A stretch of 64,000 nt of DNA from an uncultured Verrucomicrobiae bacterium (GTDB taxonomy: Bacteria; Verrucomicrobiota; Verrucomicrobiia; Limisphaerales; Palsa-1400). A program made the position numbers and the translations under genes. The stretch covers positions 96,001-160,000 of the forward strand of contig CAVPOM010000006.1 in the NCBI GenBank assembly GCA_963707025.1. Direction: 5' to 3'. Below the pieces are notes generated by a model. That model made no database searches, was not told the origin of the DNA, and worked only from the letters and a program-made list of their open reading frames with translations. This document shows positions 59,696 to 64,000 of this stretch, one piece after another; position 1 is the stretch's first letter; every line of letters begins with the position of its first letter.

Positions 59696-61153
59696 TCAGG
59701 CGGCCACTTCTTCATCGGCCAGCTTGCGGTAGAGGGTGGCCACGCTGACATTGAGGAGTTGGGCGGCTTTTTCCTTGTCGCCCCCCGCCAGGGCCAGGGC
59801 CCGGTTGACGTAGCTCAGTTCCTGCTCGCGCAGATAATCCTTCAGCGGACCCAGCGGCTGGGCCAGGGCATGACCGGCGCCAGCCTGGGCATTGACGGGT
59901 GAGGCCGGCAGGCCGGAGGATCCCTCTGCGGCTGTTTCGGCAATTTCGACCAGCTCCTCGCTGCCGCCGCTCGGAGTCTGGCGGCGCACGGCCGGGGGCA
60001 GATCGGTCACCCGGACGGTGTCCGCTTCGCACAAGACGCAGGCGCGTTCGATGGCGTTTTCCAATTCGCGCACGTTGCCCGGCCAGTCATGCGCCGAGAG
60101 CACATCCAGGGCCTGGCGCGTAATTTGAAAGAGCTTGCCGGTGCGCGGATTGACCTTGTTGCGCAGGAAGTGGACGGCCAGGACCGCCACGTCCTCGCGG
60201 CGCTCGCGCAGATTGGGCAAGGTGATGGGAATGACGTTGAGCCGATAGTAAAGGTCCTCGCGAAAAGTGCCGGCCTTGACCCTCTGCTCCAACGGTTCGT
60301 TGGTCGCGGAGAGCACCCGCACGTTGACGCTGGTGGCAATGTTGTCGCCCACGCGCCGGACTTCCCGTTCCTGCAAGACGCGCAGCAGGCGGCTCTGCAA
60401 AACCGGCGGCATGGAGCTGATTTCGTCCAGGAAGATGGTGCCGCCGTCGGCCTCCTGGAAAAGCCCCTTCTTATCGTTGATCGCCCCGGTGAAAGCGCCC
60501 TTGCAATGGCCGAAAAGCTCCGATTCCAGCAGGTTCTCCGGCAGGGCGCTGCAGTTGATCGGGATGAACGGGGCGAACTGGCGGCGGCTGTTGAAATGCA
60601 GGGCGCGGGCCACCAGTTCCTTGCCCGTCCCGCTTTCGCCCAGGATGAGGATGGTGCTGTCGGTGTCGGCCACCCGTTCGATCATCTTGAAGACCTCCTG
60701 CATCTTGGGTGAATTGCCAATGAGCTGGTTGAACTGGTATTTCTTCTTGAGCTGTTTCTTGAGGTAAATGTTCTCCGTGATGGCGTCGTTGTAGCTCAGG
60801 GCGCGGCGCACGCACAGGCGGAAATCATCCACCTTGAACGGCTTCTCCAAATAATCGAAAGCCCCTTTTTTCATGGCATCCACCGCCGTCTCGATGGTGG
60901 CGTAGGCGGTGATGAGGATGACGGTGGCGGGCGGATTGAGGGCGCGCGCCTTTTGCAGGATTTCCAGGCCGTGGGTGCGGGTTTTGTCCAGATACAGGTC
61001 AGTGATGACCAATTCGGGACACTGCGACTCCAAGGTTTCCACGGCCGCGTTGTAATTGCTGAAGGGAAAGACCTCGTGGCCTTCCCGGCGGAGAATTTCG
61101 GTGACCATCTGGACCATGGTCACTTCATCGTCAATCAGCAGCACTTTTGCCAT
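59696..61153 (-). CDS. Sigma-54-dependent response regulator (PilR/AtoC-like)
   Basis: REC domain, GESGTGKE, GAFTGA, REDLYYRLNV, WPGNVREL, TLYRKL. Confidence 0.93.
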   Translation of the reverse strand: MAKVLLIDDEVTMVQMVTEILRREGHEVFPFSNYNAAVETLESQCPELVITDLYLDKTRTHGLEILQKARALNPPATVILITAYATIETAVDAMKKGAFDYLEKPFKVDDFRLCVRRALSYNDAITENIYLKKQLKKKYQFNQLIGNSPKMQEVFKMIERVADTDSTILILGESGTGKELVARALHFNSRRQFAPFIPINCSALPENLLESELFGHCKGAFTGAINDKKGLFQEADGGTIFLDEISSMPPVLQSRLLRVLQEREVRRVGDNIATSVNVRVLSATNEPLEQRVKAGTFREDLYYRLNVIPITLPNLRERREDVAVLAVHFLRNKVNPRTGKLFQITRQALDVLSAHDWPGNVRELENAIERACVLCEADTVRVTDLPPAVRRQTPSGGSEELVEIAETAAEGSSGLPASPVNAQAGAGHALAQPLGPLKDYLREQELSYVNRALALAGGDKEKAAQLLNVSVATLYRKLADEEVAA

Positions 61154-61266
61154 GGCCCAACTGTAGGCAAGACCGGCCCCAGCCGCAAGCCGCATTGCAA
61201 GCTGGCAACTTCAGGCTGCCGCGGCCATGGCCACAACTCCCGGCCAGGCCTGCTGAGTTGGTTTTC

Positions 61267-62478
61267 TCAGTGCTTGCCGGAGACCAGGTCGCTCAACTTG
61301 AAAATGGGCAGGAACATGCAGATGACGATGCCGCCCACCACCACCCCCAAAAACACGATGAGCAACGGTTCGATCAAGGAGGTCAATCCGTCCAGCGTCG
61401 TTTTGATTTCGTCATCCAGAAAATCGGCCACCCGTTCCAGCATGTTGTCAATCTTGCCCGTTTGTTCTCCGGCCGTGAGCATGCGGATGATCATGACCGG
61501 GAAAACCGGATGCTTGGCCAGGGCGGTGGAAATGCCTTCGCCCCGTTCAATGTCCACCGCGGCCGTTTTCAGCGCGTTTTCCATCACGATGTTGCCGACG
61601 GTGTTTTGCACGATGGTCAGCACCTCCAGAATCGGCACGCCGCTGCGCACCAGCGAGGCCATGGTCCGGGCGAAACGCGCCAGGCAGATCTTATGGGCAA
61701 TGACGCCGAAAATGGGCAGCTTGATCCGTCTGGCGTCCCAAAAGGCGCGCCCCATCGGCGTGCTGATGTAATAGAACCAGCCGCCCACAATCCCGATCAT
61801 CCCCACAAAGAGCAAAATCAGGTGTTCCTTCATGAAGGTGCTGACCGTGATGAGGAACAGGGTCGGGCCCGGCAGCTTGCCGCCGAAGCCGGAAAAAACA
61901 TCCTTGAACACCGGCACCACCACCACCATGAGGAAAATAGTGATGCTAATGGCCACGATCGTCACCGCCACCGGATACATCAGGGAAGACTTCACCTTCT
62001 TGCGCAGGCGGGCGGTGTTTTCCAGGTAGGTGGCCAGGCGGCTGAGAATTTCCGCCAGCAAGCCGCCCTTTTCCCCCGCGCCCACCATGGAATAATAAAG
62101 CCGGTTGAACACCTTGGGATGCTTCTGCAATGCCTCCGAAAAACTGTCGCCCCCTTCCACCCGCGTCGTCACGTCCTTGATGACGTCCCGCATCACTTTA
62201 TGGTCCGTCTGGTCCGCCAGGGCCTGGAGGGACTGGACCATGGCCAGACCGGCGTCAATCATGGTGGACAATTGCCGGGTGAAAATGACCAGATCGGCCA
62301 AAGCCACCTTGCCGCCGCCGGTGCGGCCCTTTTTCCCCAGCTTTTCGCTGATGGAAACCACCAGCATATTGCGGTTTAAAAGCGCGGCCACCGCGTTGGC
62401 CTCGGTGGACGCGTCAATCGAAGCGCGGATTTCCCGGCCGCTGACTGAATCGCGGGCAACATAGCTAAAAGATGGCAT
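61267..62478 (-). CDS. pilC: Type IV pilus / T2SS inner-membrane platform protein (PilC/GspF)
   Basis: FTRQLSTMIDAG, AGEKGG, SLMYP, GEQTGKID, LIEP, MFLPIF. Confidence 0.93.
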   Translation of the reverse strand: MPSFSYVARDSVSGREIRASIDASTEANAVAALLNRNMLVVSISEKLGKKGRTGGGKVALADLVIFTRQLSTMIDAGLAMVQSLQALADQTDHKVMRDVIKDVTTRVEGGDSFSEALQKHPKVFNRLYYSMVGAGEKGGLLAEILSRLATYLENTARLRKKVKSSLMYPVAVTIVAISITIFLMVVVVPVFKDVFSGFGGKLPGPTLFLITVSTFMKEHLILLFVGMIGIVGGWFYYISTPMGRAFWDARRIKLPIFGVIAHKICLARFARTMASLVRSGVPILEVLTIVQNTVGNIVMENALKTAAVDIERGEGISTALAKHPVFPVMIIRMLTAGEQTGKIDNMLERVADFLDDEIKTTLDGLTSLIEPLLIVFLGVVVGGIVICMFLPIFKLSDLVSGKH

Positions 62479-62505
62479 AAATCTTGTTTTACCACCGCTT
62501 GGAGT

Positions 62506-62524
62506 AGCAACTCCGGGGCCAAAA
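62506..62524 (-). promoter_or_regulatory. Sigma-54 promoter of pilC
   Basis: Minus strand TTTTGGCCCCGGAGTTGCT (GG-N10-GC), 27 nt upstream of the ATG. Confidence 0.8.
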
Positions 62525-62625
62525 CGCAAGCCTGATTGCGCCGGCCCGCCGCCGCCGTCCGGCGCGCCGCCGAAAAACTCAGGTTGGGCCTTGAACTTGC
62601 GCCGGGCTGCTCTAAATTGGCCTTT

Positions 62626-64000
62626 CTGAATTCGCAAAGCGACCATCCAAAACATTACTGCGGCGTGTTCGGCATTTACGGCCATCCCAACGCGGCCGAA
62701 TTGACCTACTACGGCCTCTACGCCCTGCAACACCGCGGCCAGGAAAGCGCCGGCATCGTCTCCAGCGATGGCGGCCGCTTCCACGAACACAAACGCATGG
62801 GCCTGGTCTCCCAGATTTTTAACGCCGAGGTGCTCTCCGGCCTGACCGGCTCCCTGGCCATCGGACACACCCGCTATTCCACCACCGGCTCTTCCCACCT
62901 GCGCAATGCCCAGCCCCTCACCGGTGACAGCAAACGCGGCCAGATCGCCATCGCCCACAACGGCAACCTGACCAACGCCGCCCCGTTGCGCGAGGAACTG
63001 GAGGAGAGCCACGGCGCGGTTTTCACCACCAGCGTGGACAGCGAAATCATCCTCCACCTCCTCGCCCAGCCCACCATTGGGGGCAACGAGAACAATCTGG
63101 TGCAGACCGTGCGCCGCCTGCAAGGCGCTTACTCCCTGGTCATCATGACGGAATCCGAATTGATCGGCGTGCGCGATCCCTTCGGCTTCCGCCCCCTCTG
63201 CCTGGGCCGGGCGGGGGACGCCTGGGTGCTAGCCAGCGAAACGTGCGCGCTGGATTTGATCTCCGCCAAACACGAGCGCGACGTCGAGCCGGGGGAAATC
63301 GTTATTATTGACAAAAACGGCCCGCGCAGCATCCAGGCCTTCCCCGAACAAACCGAGCGCGCCTTTTGCATTTTCGAGTATGTCTATTTTGCCCGGCCCG
63401 ACAGCAACATCGCCCGGCGCAACGTCTATAAGGTGCGCGTGGAAATGGGGCGCGAGCTGGCCCGGGAACATCCCCTCGCCGCCGACGCGGTGGTGCCCGT
63501 GCCCGACAGCGGCAACTGCGCCGCCCTGGGTTACTCGCTGGCCTCCGGCATTCCCTACGAGATGGCCTTCGTGCGCAACCACTACGTGGGCCGCAGTTTC
63601 CTCCAGCCTTCCCAGCTCATCCGCGACTTCGACGTGCGGGTCAAGCTCAACCTCATCACCGAACTGGTGCGGGGCAAGCGCATCATCGTGGTGGACGACT
63701 CCATTGTGCGCGGCACCACCTGCAAAGCCCGTGTCAACAATCTCAAAGAGGCGGGCGCCAAGGAAGTCCATGTCCTGGTCAGTTGTCCGCCCCACATGAA
63801 CCCCTGCGTCTATGGCATTGATTTTCCCGACCGGAGCAAATTGATGGCGGCCAGCCATTCGCTGGACGCCATCCGCCGCTATATCAATGCCGATTCGCTC
63901 GGTTATTTGTCCGCCGAAGGCATGGTGCGCGCCACCGCTTTGCCCCGGGAATCCTTTTGCATGGCCTGTTACGACGGCCGCTACCCGGTGCCTTATGATC
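62626..64000 (+). CDS. purF: Amidophosphoribosyltransferase, 3' end outside the window
   Basis: Manual translation: CGVFG, LQHRGQESAGI, GHTRYST, HNGN, FEYVYFARPDS, VPDSG, VVDDSIVRGTT, YGIDFP; no nearby in-frame ATG, probable CTG or TTG start. Confidence 0.95.
   Translation, partial: MNSQSDHPKHYCGVFGIYGHPNAAELTYYGLYALQHRGQESAGIVSSDGGRFHEHKRMGLVSQIFNAEVLSGLTGSLAIGHTRYSTTGSSHLRNAQPLTGDSKRGQIAIAHNGNLTNAAPLREELEESHGAVFTTSVDSEIILHLLAQPTIGGNENNLVQTVRRLQGAYSLVIMTESELIGVRDPFGFRPLCLGRAGDAWVLASETCALDLISAKHERDVEPGEIVIIDKNGPRSIQAFPEQTERAFCIFEYVYFARPDSNIARRNVYKVRVEMGRELAREHPLAADAVVPVPDSGNCAALGYSLASGIPYEMAFVRNHYVGRSFLQPSQLIRDFDVRVKLNLITELVRGKRIIVVDDSIVRGTTCKARVNNLKEAGAKEVHVLVSCPPHMNPCVYGIDFPDRSKLMAASHSLDAIRRYINADSLGYLSAEGMVRATALPRESFCMACYDGRYPVPYD

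Overview
GC-rich bacterial chromosomal window. Gene content and style suggest Verrucomicrobiota (Pedosphaera/Limisphaera-like); this is inferred from H-X9-DG pilins, FYR-ending surface proteins and a planctomycete-type cytochrome c. Housekeeping genes (leuB, dapL, metH, smc, rsmH, glnB, aroE, mtnA, rpsU, fba, purF) are interspersed with five toxin-antitoxin modules, a deleted IS1380 and scattered type IV pilus/type II secretion genes (pilins, pilD, a PilN/O/P-secretin operon, pilC, two sigma-54 response regulators). The best candidate for an undescribed system is a PilM-less PilN-O-P-secretin operon at 38.6-49.2 kb. It continues into two paralogous >1000-aa exported proteins built as NHL propeller - cohesin-like - dockerin-like - cohesin-like - TSP3 - FYR terminus, and it shares a near-identical sigma-54 promoter with pilC. 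Other signals: two TA modules each bracketed by a duplicated end of the neighbouring gene, a 67-bp junction repeat linking tandem pilin genes, many apparently leaderless genes, and a nested inverted-repeat element. Five frameshifts in four otherwise intact genes may be assembly errors. No tRNA, rRNA or CRISPR array was seen. All domain calls are by eye, without database searches.
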